Virus record (IMG/VR): IMGVR_UViG_3300032011_003203
Span: 1-64,000 of that record
From: a virus
Length of the DNA stretch: 64,000 nucleotides
Strand: one strand, 5' to 3'
This document shows positions 1 through 9,787 of the stretch, piece after piece. The notes below the pieces were generated by a model, which had not been told where the DNA came from, made no database searches, and worked only from the letters and a program-made list of their open reading frames with translations. Position 1 is the first letter of the stretch, and every line of letters starts with the position of its first letter. A program made the translations under genes and the position numbers.

Positions 1-79
1 ACTTTAACTGATTCGCCCGAATTAGAGTATATTCCATTCGAAGAATTTCAAAAAACTTTAGATAATTAGCAAATAATCC

Positions 80-109
80 TTGACTTATATACTATTTCTT
101 TCGTATATT
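80..109 (+). promoter_or_regulatory. Early sigma70-type promoter
   Basis: TTGACT-N18-TATATT; same motif as nine other copies in the window. Confidence 0.65.
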
Positions 110-561
110 AGGGTGGCTATGCAAGCGATTTCGCGTGCAATTGGTTAGGATTAGGTGCACAATCTACCCGTTTTGCCCCGCTAATCGTGCGTGCGATGGC
201 TTAAAGTAATACTTTATCGATGGCTTAAAGTATAACTCGAACTGCGATAACCTTAAAAAGAATAATGCTAGCAGTGGTATATACTACACAACCACGACAA
301 TATGTCACAGGTATTACAGGTATACAGGTAGTGCACTAAGTACCTGAACTTCAAGCTAGCAGAAAAGATTTATGCGGATAATGTGACATAATTACAGACA
401 CAAAGGGGGGTAGGGCTATTAATCGTGAATCGGCGAATCTATGACATAATGTCAGAATGCCATACTTGCTCTTATATCGGCGTGGCTTTTTTCACCTATA
501 GAGAGTTATTAACACTCTTACCTAAGAGGTAAACCTACCGTCCGCATTATTATTTATTGCG

Positions 562-972
562 TTGCTTTTTCTCATTCATTATATATTTATCATTATGATA
601 AACACTACATACCTATTCATTATACTTATGTTATTCCTTGCGGGAACTCTATACTCACAAGATAGTAGTTTTAGAATCTCTGATGATACTATGGAATTAC
701 AATTGGATAAGAAGGCACACTTCACTACTTCATTTGGTTTGTATTATTTCTTTTATACTACCATTACTATATACTCTGATACCTTATCTCACCCACAATT
801 AGATGCGATGTTATTAAGTAGTTCTTTGGGTTTATTGTACGAAGTGTATCAAGGAACATCATTAAGTAACGCGGATGGATTTAGTAAAGAAGATTTCTAT
901 TATAACATTATGGGGATAGGGTTCGCTCGTTTCACTCACGAAGTTTTTTTGTATTTTAAGGATTTAATCTAA
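562..972 (+). CDS. YfiM/VanZ-like membrane protein
   Basis: DKKAHF motif, hydrophobic helices, GFSKEDF..N..G; true start probably downstream (ATG 595 or 628). Confidence 0.55.
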   Translation: MLFLIHYIFIIMINTTYLFIILMLFLAGTLYSQDSSFRISDDTMELQLDKKAHFTTSFGLYYFFYTTITIYSDTLSHPQLDAMLLSSSLGLLYEVYQGTSLSNADGFSKEDFYYNIMGIGFARFTHEVFLYFKDLI

Positions 973-1009
973 TATTTATATACAGACTGGTTTTAACAAC
1001 AATAGGTTA

Positions 1010-2509
1010 TTGAGAATGAAAAAACGAAAAATATTAGGTATTAATGCTTTGAACCACGATGCATGTGTTACCTTGTTACACGATAACGAAATCTTGTTCG
1101 CTGGACATAGTGAACGATATAGTGGTATCAAGAATGATTCAGAACTTAATGAAGCTATCTTTGCAGATGTTAGACGATATGGTGATTGGGATGAAGTGGC
1201 TTATTTCGAAAGACCTTGGAGTAAGAAGTTACGACAGATTTATGCAGGTCAATATTCAGAAGCATTTGCTAAACACAATTTACCAACCGCACATCTAAAA
1301 CAATTTGGTATCAACAAAATAAATCATTATGTTGACCACCACTTATCACACGCCAGTGCAACTTACTTTTCATCACCTTATAAAGAATCAGCAATCGTTT
1401 GTATTGATGCAATTGGTGAATGGGAAACTTGTACTATATGGTATGCTAAAGGAACGAAGTTCGAGAAGAGATGGTCTCAAACATATCCACATTCATTAGG
1501 ATTGTGGTATAGTGCTATGACACAAAGGTTGGGATTAAAACCACAAGAGGATGAGTACATACTAATGGGTATGGCAGGTTGGGGTAAGGTTATTCCAAAA
1601 CTAAAGAGAGAGATTAAGGAATACTTTTTTCGCGAGAAAAAACTTCTACACTTTAATAAGAACCTACACAGAGGATGTATAGATTGGGATTCAGAGTATT
1701 ATCCAGATGATGGTTCAGATGAATGGAAGTTCACTATAGCAGCAAATGTACAGAGTATATGTGAGGATGAGATATATAAGGTATTTAATAAAGCAAAACA
1801 AGTAGTACCTGAAACAAACAATATGTGTTATGGTGGTGGAGTTGCATTAAATTGTGTAGCAAACTCTATGATAGCACACGAACTTTATCCAAGTTTATGG
1901 ATACTCCCGAATCCAGGTGATGGTGGTTCATCGTTAGGGAGTGCCGCATATGTATTGGGAGAGCATGTGAACTGGCATAATTGTTTTCTTGGTTATGATA
2001 TCAAGGGTGATTATCCAACCGAGCAACTTTTAACCGAGCTTCTTAAAGGGAACATCGTTGGAGTCGCGAACGGAAGAGCGGAGTTTGGACCTCGAGCTTT
2101 GGGGAATCGTACTTTGATGGCAGACCCACGAGGTGATAAGATAAAAGATAAAGTAAATAAAATTAAGAAACGACAAGAGTTTCGACCATTCGCTCCTGCA
2201 GTATTGGAAGAGCACGCACACGAGATATTTGAAATGCCCGTGAGGAAATCTCAGTATATGCAGTATGTAGCGAAGTGTAAGTATCCAGAGAAGTATCCTG
2301 CTATATGTCATATAGATAATACATCAAGGGTACAGACAGTAAGTAAAGATGATAATCCAAACTTCTACAATCTGATAAATGAATTTTACAAAAACACGGG
2401 TTGTCCTATGGTTCTCAATACCAGTCTAAACATTAAAGGACAACCCATTGTAAACTCATATGAGGATGGTGTGGAGTTTACTAAACGATATGGTGTAAAA
2501 GTATTTTAA
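1010..2509 (+). CDS. Carbamoyltransferase (CmcH/NodU family)
   Basis: HDA, ERYS..KND, HHLSHA, DAIGE, GGVALNC, EFGPRALGNRT, KKRQEFRPFAP, LNTSLN motifs. Confidence 0.93.
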   Translation: MRMKKRKILGINALNHDACVTLLHDNEILFAGHSERYSGIKNDSELNEAIFADVRRYGDWDEVAYFERPWSKKLRQIYAGQYSEAFAKHNLPTAHLKQFGINKINHYVDHHLSHASATYFSSPYKESAIVCIDAIGEWETCTIWYAKGTKFEKRWSQTYPHSLGLWYSAMTQRLGLKPQEDEYILMGMAGWGKVIPKLKREIKEYFFREKKLLHFNKNLHRGCIDWDSEYYPDDGSDEWKFTIAANVQSICEDEIYKVFNKAKQVVPETNNMCYGGGVALNCVANSMIAHELYPSLWILPNPGDGGSSLGSAAYVLGEHVNWHNCFLGYDIKGDYPTEQLLTELLKGNIVGVANGRAEFGPRALGNRTLMADPRGDKIKDKVNKIKKRQEFRPFAPAVLEEHAHEIFEMPVRKSQYMQYVAKCKYPEKYPAICHIDNTSRVQTVSKDDNPNFYNLINEFYKNTGCPMVLNTSLNIKGQPIVNSYEDGVEFTKRYGVKVF

Positions 2510-2517
2510 AATAATAC

Positions 2518-2547
2518 TTGACTTTAATAGTAAAAAAGCCGTATATT
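2518..2547 (+). promoter_or_regulatory. Early sigma70-type promoter
   Basis: TTGACT-ttaatagtaaaaaagccg-TATATT. Confidence 0.75.
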
Positions 2548-2559
2548 AAGGAAATTAAA

Positions 2560-3366
2560 ATGAATATAGGAATTATAGGAAAAGGATTTGTAGGACATGC
2601 TATCTCTGAGGGTTTCAAGACTCAAGGACATAATATCATTGTACACGATATCCGATTAGAAACACAAATAACTGATGTATTGGATTGTCCAATTGTTTAT
2701 ATATCAGTACCTACACCGAGTGCCGATAATGGTGATTGTGATGTTACAATAGTAGAAAGTGTATTACGAGAGTTATATCATCTAAACTACAAAGGATTTG
2801 TTTGTGTGAAGAGTACAGTCAAACCAGGTTCACTTGGTAGGTGGAATAAGGAATATGGTTCAATACTAAATTTAAGTTTTGTACCAGAGTTTCTTCGTGA
2901 GAAGTGTGCTGTAGAAGATTTTATACATAACAATAATGTATTGGTTATTGGTACGGAAGATGAACGAGTAGAGAAGTGTGTGAGAGATTGCCACGGAGTT
3001 CTACCCACACATACAGTCGTGATGAAACCAATTGAAGCTGAACTAATGAAATACTTCAGTAATAGTTATAAGGCTATGAGAGTTACATTCGCTAATGCCT
3101 TCTATAAACTTTGTCAAGAGGTAGATGCTAATTATGATGTAGTGAAAGATACATTTTTATTTCACGGAGTTGGTGATGGACATTACCTACGAGTGAACAA
3201 AGAGTTTGGTGGATTCGGTGGTACTTGTTTACCAAAGGATACTAAAGGATTGGCTAACTTAGTTGATGAGTTAGGATTAGATATAGAGTTATTCAGAACC
3301 ATTGTAAATGATAATATTAAGTTTACTGCTGGTGATAACAATCAAGAAAATAGGATAGAAATATAG
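2560..3366 (+). CDS. ugd: UDP-glucose/GDP-mannose dehydrogenase (short form)
   Basis: GKGFVG Rossmann, SVPTP, KSTV.PG, PEFLRE, catalytic GFGGTCLPKD; start moved to ATG 2560 because upstream codons are the promoter. Confidence 0.88.
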   Translation: MNIGIIGKGFVGHAISEGFKTQGHNIIVHDIRLETQITDVLDCPIVYISVPTPSADNGDCDVTIVESVLRELYHLNYKGFVCVKSTVKPGSLGRWNKEYGSILNLSFVPEFLREKCAVEDFIHNNNVLVIGTEDERVEKCVRDCHGVLPTHTVVMKPIEAELMKYFSNSYKAMRVTFANAFYKLCQEVDANYDVVKDTFLFHGVGDGHYLRVNKEFGGFGGTCLPKDTKGLANLVDELGLDIELFRTIVNDNIKFTAGDNNQENRIEI

Positions 3367-3551
3367 TTGTGAGATATTTATATATGAGTGGAGTGATGGC
3401 CGATATGAAACATTATGGTTCATCCAGAAACAGAAAACGACCCAATGGTAACTTTGTTACTACTCATCCTATGTATTTGGTATTGGATATGGATGTTGAG
3501 AACAATACGCAAGTAGCGAGGTATAAATGAATGGGTTGTGTGGAGAAGTAA

Positions 3552-3773
3552 TTGGGACAACAAAAGACATATCAAGAGTTAAAGGAAATTCGAGACAGTC
3601 TAAGAAAGCCCAAGAAGAAAGAGGTTGTGAAGAAATCACGAGTAAACCCAATAAAATTTTTGACAATTTTAATCGTAATACCATTATCGATTTTAGCATT
3701 ATTTCCAGTCTCGTTAGGGATGGTTGGAATAATTTTATTGATGTGGTTAAGAGATGTAATCCGAATGAGATAA
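3552..3773 (+). CDS. Small membrane protein
   Basis: Basic N-terminus and two hydrophobic segments; GGAG upstream. Confidence 0.5.
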   Translation: MGQQKTYQELKEIRDSLRKPKKKEVVKKSRVNPIKFLTILIVIPLSILALFPVSLGMVGIILLMWLRDVIRMR

Positions 3774-3784
3774 GTTCGAGAGCT

Positions 3785-3857
3785 GGGGCTGTAGCTCAGT
3801 TGGGAGAGCATCGCACTTGCACTGCGGAGGTCGCTGGTTCGAACCCAGTCAGCTCCA
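3785..3857 (+). tRNA. tRNA-Ala(UGC)
   Basis: Full cloverleaf GGGGCTG...CAGCTCCA, G3:U70, anticodon loop CT-TGC-AC, TTCGAAC T-loop; CCA not encoded. Confidence 0.95.
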
Positions 3858-3874
3858 CAATAATGGTTTGATTC

Positions 3875-4366
3875 ATGCCGTTAAGTAGATTTGGAAAACG
3901 GCATGAAAGAACCTTTGGTAAGAAGAAAGAGGAATGGGATGGTAACTTTAGACAACCACCTAAACCTGATTCTTACTACACCACGATTAAAGGACAATGT
4001 AGATGGTGTGGTAATATGATAGTAAAAGAAGATGGTACTATCAATGAAAGAAAGAGTTGGCACCAAGATTGTGCTACAGAGTATATGATTATATATCACT
4101 CAAGAGAACAAAGAGCTCACTTGAGAAAACGAGATAAGGGTAAATGTAATCATTGTGGTATTACAGCAAGAAGATGGGATTGTGACCACATAAGACCTTT
4201 AGTAGAACAGAAAGGTGTAAAGGCAAAAGATTTAGATTGGAGTTATTATAGTTTAGATAATCTACAAACACTTTGTAAGAAGTGTCATAGAAAGAAAACT
4301 AACTCTGAAGTACATCTAAAAAAGAAGAATAAAGTGAACTACAAGGAGACGAAAAAATGGCGTTAA
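3875..4366 (+). CDS. HNH endonuclease
   Basis: CNHCG..DCDHI...NLQTLCKKCHRKKT. Confidence 0.85.
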   Translation: MPLSRFGKRHERTFGKKKEEWDGNFRQPPKPDSYYTTIKGQCRWCGNMIVKEDGTINERKSWHQDCATEYMIIYHSREQRAHLRKRDKGKCNHCGITARRWDCDHIRPLVEQKGVKAKDLDWSYYSLDNLQTLCKKCHRKKTNSEVHLKKKNKVNYKETKKWR

Positions 4367-4620
4367 ATCTTAGGAATGATTTAATAAGAGCAAGTAAAAT
4401 ACATTTTGAAGCTCACATTGAAAAACATAGAATCAATGTTGAGAATTTACTTAATAACTCAGTAGGTATTGGAGAACATGCTGATATAATGGATACTATA
4501 GAAAAGGAATTAGAAGAGATTTCTAAGTATCACGATTTATTAGAAGTGTTATCTAAATACTTTCCAAGAGAGTTTGATGGTGATGATACAAAAAAACTAT
4601 TACACGATTCAGCAATTTAG
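4357..4620 (+). CDS. Conserved phage hypothetical protein
   Basis: NSVGIGEH.D motif common in T4-like phage small proteins; RBS AGGAG. Confidence 0.6.
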   Translation: MALNLRNDLIRASKIHFEAHIEKHRINVENLLNNSVGIGEHADIMDTIEKELEEISKYHDLLEVLSKYFPREFDGDDTKKLLHDSAI

Positions 4621-4629
4621 GAATTTAAA

Positions 4630-4857
4630 ATGAAAGAACTTAAAGCAACAAGAGTTCCACCTGGTGATAGGTGGGCTATTACAGATGGTGATGACCAAAT
4701 CTATTCTTCGTTAACAGAAGTATTGAATGCAATCTTTATGGAATCTGGTGGTACAGAATTTTATATAGATGCTCAAAAAGGTGAAGTGCATGTCGAGGAT
4801 GGTAAAGAGAAACCACCAACGATTAAGAAGTACTCACTATATGGAGAAGAGTATTAG
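4630..4857 (+). CDS. Hypothetical protein
   Basis: Tightly packed ORF. Confidence 0.55.
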   Translation: MKELKATRVPPGDRWAITDGDDQIYSSLTEVLNAIFMESGGTEFYIDAQKGEVHVEDGKEKPPTIKKYSLYGEEY

Positions 4858-5217
4858 ATGACAAAATTAATTATGGCGATGGTCATATTGGTTATAAGTA
4901 ATATAATGGCTTGGTGGCAATTGAATGCTCAATTTACCACTACATTAAAAGGACATTGGTTTTGGAGTAGTGCTAATTGGATGGCGTTATTTGGAATACC
5001 AATTGGTTGGTTATTTTTCCATTCATCAAGATTATCATATGAACACTTTGGATTTACTTGGAACATTAGAATGATAGGGTTTGGAGTTGGTACTATTATT
5101 TTTGGTATTATGTCCTATTTATTTCTACGAGAGATTCCTACATTAAAAACAATTATATGTATCTTATTAGCAATATCAATTATATTGATTCAAGTAACGA
5201 ATGTCATTGGAGATTAA
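4858..5217 (+). CDS. Four-TM small membrane protein (DMT/SMR-like)
   Basis: Four hydrophobic helices, LFLRE.PT ending typical of DMT. Confidence 0.55.
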   Translation: MTKLIMAMVILVISNIMAWWQLNAQFTTTLKGHWFWSSANWMALFGIPIGWLFFHSSRLSYEHFGFTWNIRMIGFGVGTIIFGIMSYLFLREIPTLKTIICILLAISIILIQVTNVIGD

Positions 5218-5218
5218 A

Positions 5219-5704
5219 ATGAACTTAGAAGATTATATAATAGATGTGCCAGATTGGCCTAAAGAGGGTATCGTGTTTAAAGATATCACACCATTATTAA
5301 AAGATGCGAATGCGTTAAATCATTCCACATTATTAATGAGAGGTTTATTAGCAAACCAAATTAATGCTAGTTATATAGTTGGATGTGAGGCAAGAGGATT
5401 TATATTTGGTTCTTATCTTGCAAAGAGAATGGGATTGGGTTTTATACCCGTAAGAAAAAAAGGTAAACTTCCACCACCAGTAATCAGTAGAGAATATGAA
5501 TTAGAATATGGTACTGATACATTAGAGATTAAACCTGGTGTGGGTAAAGTTATTATTGTGGATGATGTATATGCCACAGGTGGTACTTCAAGTGCTACAA
5601 GAGAATTGTGTGAGGAAGCTGGTTATGATGTTATAGATGAAGTCTATCTTATCAATCTATCTTTCTTAAACAAAGATAAAGTTAAATCAGTTATAACATA
5701 TTAA
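5219..5704 (+). CDS. apt: Adenine phosphoribosyltransferase
   Basis: PDWPKEGIVFKDITP, EARGF, RKKGKLP, YELEYG, PRPP motif VDDVYATGGT. Confidence 0.93.
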   Translation: MNLEDYIIDVPDWPKEGIVFKDITPLLKDANALNHSTLLMRGLLANQINASYIVGCEARGFIFGSYLAKRMGLGFIPVRKKGKLPPPVISREYELEYGTDTLEIKPGVGKVIIVDDVYATGGTSSATRELCEEAGYDVIDEVYLINLSFLNKDKVKSVITY

Positions 5705-5717
5705 AGGAGATTATATT

Positions 5718-5915
5718 ATGGCAAGACTATCAGACTTATTTGATACGATTCAAGAACAATATTTTGAGTTTGAATCTAATCATTTAGAATTTGTGGAAAA
5801 GGGCAACAAATCAGCAGAGGGAAGAGCCCGTAAAGCAATTGGAGAGGTTAAGAAGTTGGTTACTGAATATCGTAAAGAATCAGTACAGGCTTGTAAATCT
5901 AACAATTACAAATAA
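5718..5915 (+). CDS. Histone H1/Hc1-like small DNA-binding protein
   Basis: KGNKSAEGRARKA..E.KKL...YRKES resembles the FCB-group Hc1-like family. Confidence 0.7.
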   Translation: MARLSDLFDTIQEQYFEFESNHLEFVEKGNKSAEGRARKAIGEVKKLVTEYRKESVQACKSNNYK

Positions 5916-6015
5916 GGAGTTACAAAATGGTATTATTATTTAAACTATTGCATGTGCTAACATTTTTAGGTGTTGGTTATTTAGTGTATAAAGAAAGAAA
6001 CTAAAAGGAGATTGA

Positions 6016-6996
6016 GTGATTAGAACAGCAGAGTTTGTATCACCAAAACATCCTGATAAGATATGCGATAGAATATCCGATAGGATATTAGATTACTGTC
6101 TTACTGAAGATAGAGATGCCCGAGTAGCCGTAGAAACAATGGGTGGACACGGGCATATCTATGTTAATGGTGAAGTTACAATTGATTCAGATAAAGAAAT
6201 TCCTATACCACATTTAGTAGATGAGGTGTTAGGTGAACCAGAGATTTACGATGTAACACATACCACATCAGTTCACTTGGTGAAACAATCACCAGAGATT
6301 GGTAGAGGTGTTGATGTTGGTGGAGCAGGTGACCAAGGTATTATGGTTGGATATGCTTGTAATGAAAATGATGAGTATGTACCAGAAGAATATAGATTAT
6401 CAAGAGGTCTATGTAGACACCTTTATAATAGATTTCCGTATGATGGTAAAACACAAATAACAATAGGTGAAGATAAGAAATTAACTATTGTTGCTTCATT
6501 TCAAAATACAAACCAAATTGTATTACGCGGAAAAATTAATGAATGGTTAAAAAGTGAACCTTATGATTTAAGAGCACTACATTGTAATCCAGCAGGAGAT
6601 TGGGAACAAGGTGGTTTCGATGCAGATGCAGGATTGACTGGTAGGAAATTAGTCGTGGATAATTATGGGCCACGAGTTCCAATCGGTGGTGGTGCATATA
6701 GTGGTAAAGACCCAAGTAAGGTTGATAGAAGTGCAGCATATATGGCAAGATATATTGCGGTAAAAGAAATGGAACGAAAAGAATTGGATGAGTGTTGGGT
6801 TAATTTAAGTTATGCTATTGGTGAGAAAGAACCATTACAGGCAACTTGTTTTAATAGATATGGGAGTTGGGGAATACCATCTCACTACCCAATATATCCA
6901 AATGAGATTATAGAATTTTTAGATTTAAAGAAACCAATATATTACAAAACATCAGAATGGGGAGCATATGGTAATGGATTCAAATGGGATAGATAA
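6016..6996 (+). CDS. metK: S-adenosylmethionine synthetase
   Basis: HPDKICDRISD, QSPEI, GAGDQG, DGKTQ, DAGLTGRK, GGGAYSGKDPSKVDRSAAY. Confidence 0.95.
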   Translation: MIRTAEFVSPKHPDKICDRISDRILDYCLTEDRDARVAVETMGGHGHIYVNGEVTIDSDKEIPIPHLVDEVLGEPEIYDVTHTTSVHLVKQSPEIGRGVDVGGAGDQGIMVGYACNENDEYVPEEYRLSRGLCRHLYNRFPYDGKTQITIGEDKKLTIVASFQNTNQIVLRGKINEWLKSEPYDLRALHCNPAGDWEQGGFDADAGLTGRKLVVDNYGPRVPIGGGAYSGKDPSKVDRSAAYMARYIAVKEMERKELDECWVNLSYAIGEKEPLQATCFNRYGSWGIPSHYPIYPNEIIEFLDLKKPIYYKTSEWGAYGNGFKWDR

Positions 6997-7570
6997 AAAG
7001 AAGATACTTATAGTTTGTGCACTTGAAGTAGAAACACAAGGTCAGTTAGATGATTACGATGTTATCTATACAGGAGTTGGTAAGGTTAATGCAACTTATA
7101 AGTTAACAACACACTTTGGAAAGTATGGTTCACACATACCTTATGATTTAGTAATCAATTATGGAACTGCAGGTTCTCGTAAAATCAAAAAGAAAACATT
7201 AGTTGATTGTACCAAGTTTGTGCAGAGAGATATGGATGTAACTGGTCTTGGATTTATGAGAGGTGAAACACCATTTGAAAATGATGTTCCATTGATGTTA
7301 GATTTTGGTATTACTGAACATAACCCAATTGGAAGAAGAGCAACTTGTGGTAGTGGTGATTCATTCGTGGAAGATAGAACACAATACTATGGTGAAGTGG
7401 TGGATATGGAAGCATATGCATTAGCAAAGGTTTGTTATCTGAGAGATATACCATTCGTATCATTTAAATATATTACTGATGGTGCAGATGAACAAGCACA
7501 CGAGGATTGGGAAGCAAACTTAGCACAAGGTATTATAGAATTTAAGGAACAAATTTTAAGTAAGGTGTAA
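6968..7570 (+). CDS. mtnN: 5'-methylthioadenosine/SAH nucleosidase
   Basis: TGVGKVNA, INYGTAG, SGDSF, DMEAYA, KYITDGAD. Confidence 0.85.
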   Translation: MVMDSNGIDKKKILIVCALEVETQGQLDDYDVIYTGVGKVNATYKLTTHFGKYGSHIPYDLVINYGTAGSRKIKKKTLVDCTKFVQRDMDVTGLGFMRGETPFENDVPLMLDFGITEHNPIGRRATCGSGDSFVEDRTQYYGEVVDMEAYALAKVCYLRDIPFVSFKYITDGADEQAHEDWEANLAQGIIEFKEQILSKV

Positions 7571-7572
7571 GT

Positions 7573-9000
7573 TTGAAAGCCTATGTTATAACCATTGAGG
7601 GTAATCAATATAGTGAAGAGAGTGCACAGAGAACTCTTAAATCAGCAATTGATGCTGGATTAGATGCAGAAATATATTATGGGGTTGATAAGTATAATTC
7701 AGTAAATGAATTAAAAACTCAAAACTTAACACTTAATGATTTAAATCAAAAATGGTTAAAGTATAGTTACTTAGAACCAGCAATCGGTTGTTTCCTATCT
7801 CATTATTTCTTATGGTTAAAATGTGTACAGAGTGGTGAGCGATTTGTTATACTCGAACACGATGTAGAATTTACAGATAAGTTTGTAGATTCAAAACCAG
7901 AACCAGGTTCATTTAGTATTATGAATATTGGTAAACCACTATGGGATAATAAAACTAATGAACATCTTGGTGGTGCACACGCATACATAATCAATGCTAT
8001 CCAAGCAAAGAAATTAATTAAATCTGCAAAGGATGATGGTATCGTACCAACAGATGTTTTTATCAATCGTAATATTGTTTCAATAGAAGATGCTAAAACA
8101 TATACTTGTTTTCAACGACAAGAGTTTACCACAATACAAAGAGATATCCAAAGTGATAGTAGATATTCTGATGATTGTGTTCCAGCAAAAAAAGCTTGGA
8201 ATGAGGGTAAGGGTAAGGTTATGGTTTTTCTAGCTGATGAAACAATGTATGATAAGATACCACCTTTAATTTCGAATGCAAAGATAGATGGATTGTGGGA
8301 TGGGGATTTTATTGTAGTAACACCAGTAGGTTCAGATACAACATATTTAGAAGAACGAAAGATAGAATATTACATACCACCAGAACTTCACGATACACCA
8401 ATACATTTTAATAAGATGTTTATGTTCAGTACATTCTTTGAAGAGTGGGATTGGATATTGTATGTGGATTTGGATGTATGGTTTTTAAATCCAATAACAT
8501 TAAGTAGTCTTAAAAGTAAAGATAAGTTATTTGCAAAACGAGATAACCTACCTTTTATAAAACAATTTAAGAATAAAGATTTAACTTCAGAACAATCAAG
8601 GTGTAATAAATATTTAAGTAATCCCCTAAACTATGATGAGGCAACATTTCAAACTTGTTTTCTATATTGGCATTCAGATTTAAACAAACAAGTATTTAAA
8701 GAACTTGAATCTACATACTTTTACTTTTATGTTTATCTTGAAATGGCAAGAGCAAATCATTGGGAACAAGCAATATTCAGTATAGTATTTAATAGACGAT
8801 GGAATATTATAGGAGAGGATTGGATACAAACAAAAGTATTAGATGAAGTGGATTGGGATTTATCTTTGTTAGATAAAGGTTATTCTGATGGTGGAGATTA
8901 TGAAGATATTACTTGTGTACATTTTACAAGTTTCTTTCCGCCTTGGGAAAAAAAGAATAAACGATTTTATAATGAATGGTTAAGTTATAATGAGATATAA
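7573..9000 (+). CDS. GT25 + GT8-like glycosyltransferase fusion
   Basis: N-half GCFLSH..LW, ILEHD, GAHAYII (GT25); C-half LYVDLD, EQAIF, CVHF..PW (GT8). Confidence 0.75.
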   Translation: MKAYVITIEGNQYSEESAQRTLKSAIDAGLDAEIYYGVDKYNSVNELKTQNLTLNDLNQKWLKYSYLEPAIGCFLSHYFLWLKCVQSGERFVILEHDVEFTDKFVDSKPEPGSFSIMNIGKPLWDNKTNEHLGGAHAYIINAIQAKKLIKSAKDDGIVPTDVFINRNIVSIEDAKTYTCFQRQEFTTIQRDIQSDSRYSDDCVPAKKAWNEGKGKVMVFLADETMYDKIPPLISNAKIDGLWDGDFIVVTPVGSDTTYLEERKIEYYIPPELHDTPIHFNKMFMFSTFFEEWDWILYVDLDVWFLNPITLSSLKSKDKLFAKRDNLPFIKQFKNKDLTSEQSRCNKYLSNPLNYDEATFQTCFLYWHSDLNKQVFKELESTYFYFYVYLEMARANHWEQAIFSIVFNRRWNIIGEDWIQTKVLDEVDWDLSLLDKGYSDGGDYEDITCVHFTSFFPPWEKKNKRFYNEWLSYNEI

Positions 9001-9787
9001 AAAATTTATATTTGATACTGAATGTGTTTTAGATTTAAAAGATGATTTATTAATATTTCCATTTCAAGAGGAGTACATTGAATATCAATCTTGGGCAATG
9101 AATAATCCAAACGATTTCAATCGTGTGGTAAATAAGTTTGCAAGTAAAGCACAATGGCAAGGTTTATTAGAAGAAGTAAGAATGGTTCGAGGTAATCAAT
9201 ATCAAAGAAAATTATTTCATCCTGATGGAACACTATATGTAATATCAGAAGTTAGAAAACTTCCAAATCAAGAATATCAATCACACGGATTACAAACATC
9301 ATATTACGAATCGGGTAATGTTAAATCAATAGAAAACTTTAGACACGGAGATAAGGCAGGAGAATATAAACAATATACTGATGATGATACTAAGAATATA
9401 ATTGTAACTGGCCAGTATGATTACAATTGTAAAGTTGGTGAGTGGGAATATAATAATGAAAAAACTAATCGTCCTTTAGCAAAAGAACTATATAAAGCAG
9501 GTGTATTAATAGAACGAGTTGAAGTTGATACTAAAGGTAAAAGTGTTGTAGAGAAGAATTATAATAGTAATGGTGAGTTGCATGGAATATATAGGGATTC
9601 ACATAATAATGGTGAGTTAAGAGCTCGTGGTATTATGAGAAATGGTAAGATGGATGGTATGTGGTTTTTTTATTATATTGATGGTAGAGAAAACTATAAG
9701 ATAAAATTTGATAATGGTAAACCACTTGAGAAGTTTGTTTATTATAATAATGATGGTAGTGTTCAATGGAGTAAGGATATACTATGA
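8990..9787 (+). CDS. MORN-variant (YwqK-like) repeat protein
   Basis: Repeated HG...YY..G...G.Y..G.W.Y units. Confidence 0.75.
   Translation: MRYKKFIFDTECVLDLKDDLLIFPFQEEYIEYQSWAMNNPNDFNRVVNKFASKAQWQGLLEEVRMVRGNQYQRKLFHPDGTLYVISEVRKLPNQEYQSHGLQTSYYESGNVKSIENFRHGDKAGEYKQYTDDDTKNIIVTGQYDYNCKVGEWEYNNEKTNRPLAKELYKAGVLIERVEVDTKGKSVVEKNYNSNGELHGIYRDSHNNGELRARGIMRNGKMDGMWFFYYIDGRENYKIKFDNGKPLEKFVYYNNDGSVQWSKDIL

Noticed and set aside
194-257. CRISPR mini-array
   Set aside because: Repeats are only 15 nt with 9-12 nt gaps, and there are no cas genes.
3527-3871. 114-aa plus-strand ORF
   Set aside because: Runs through tRNA-Ala and overlaps the better-supported 3552-3773 ORF.
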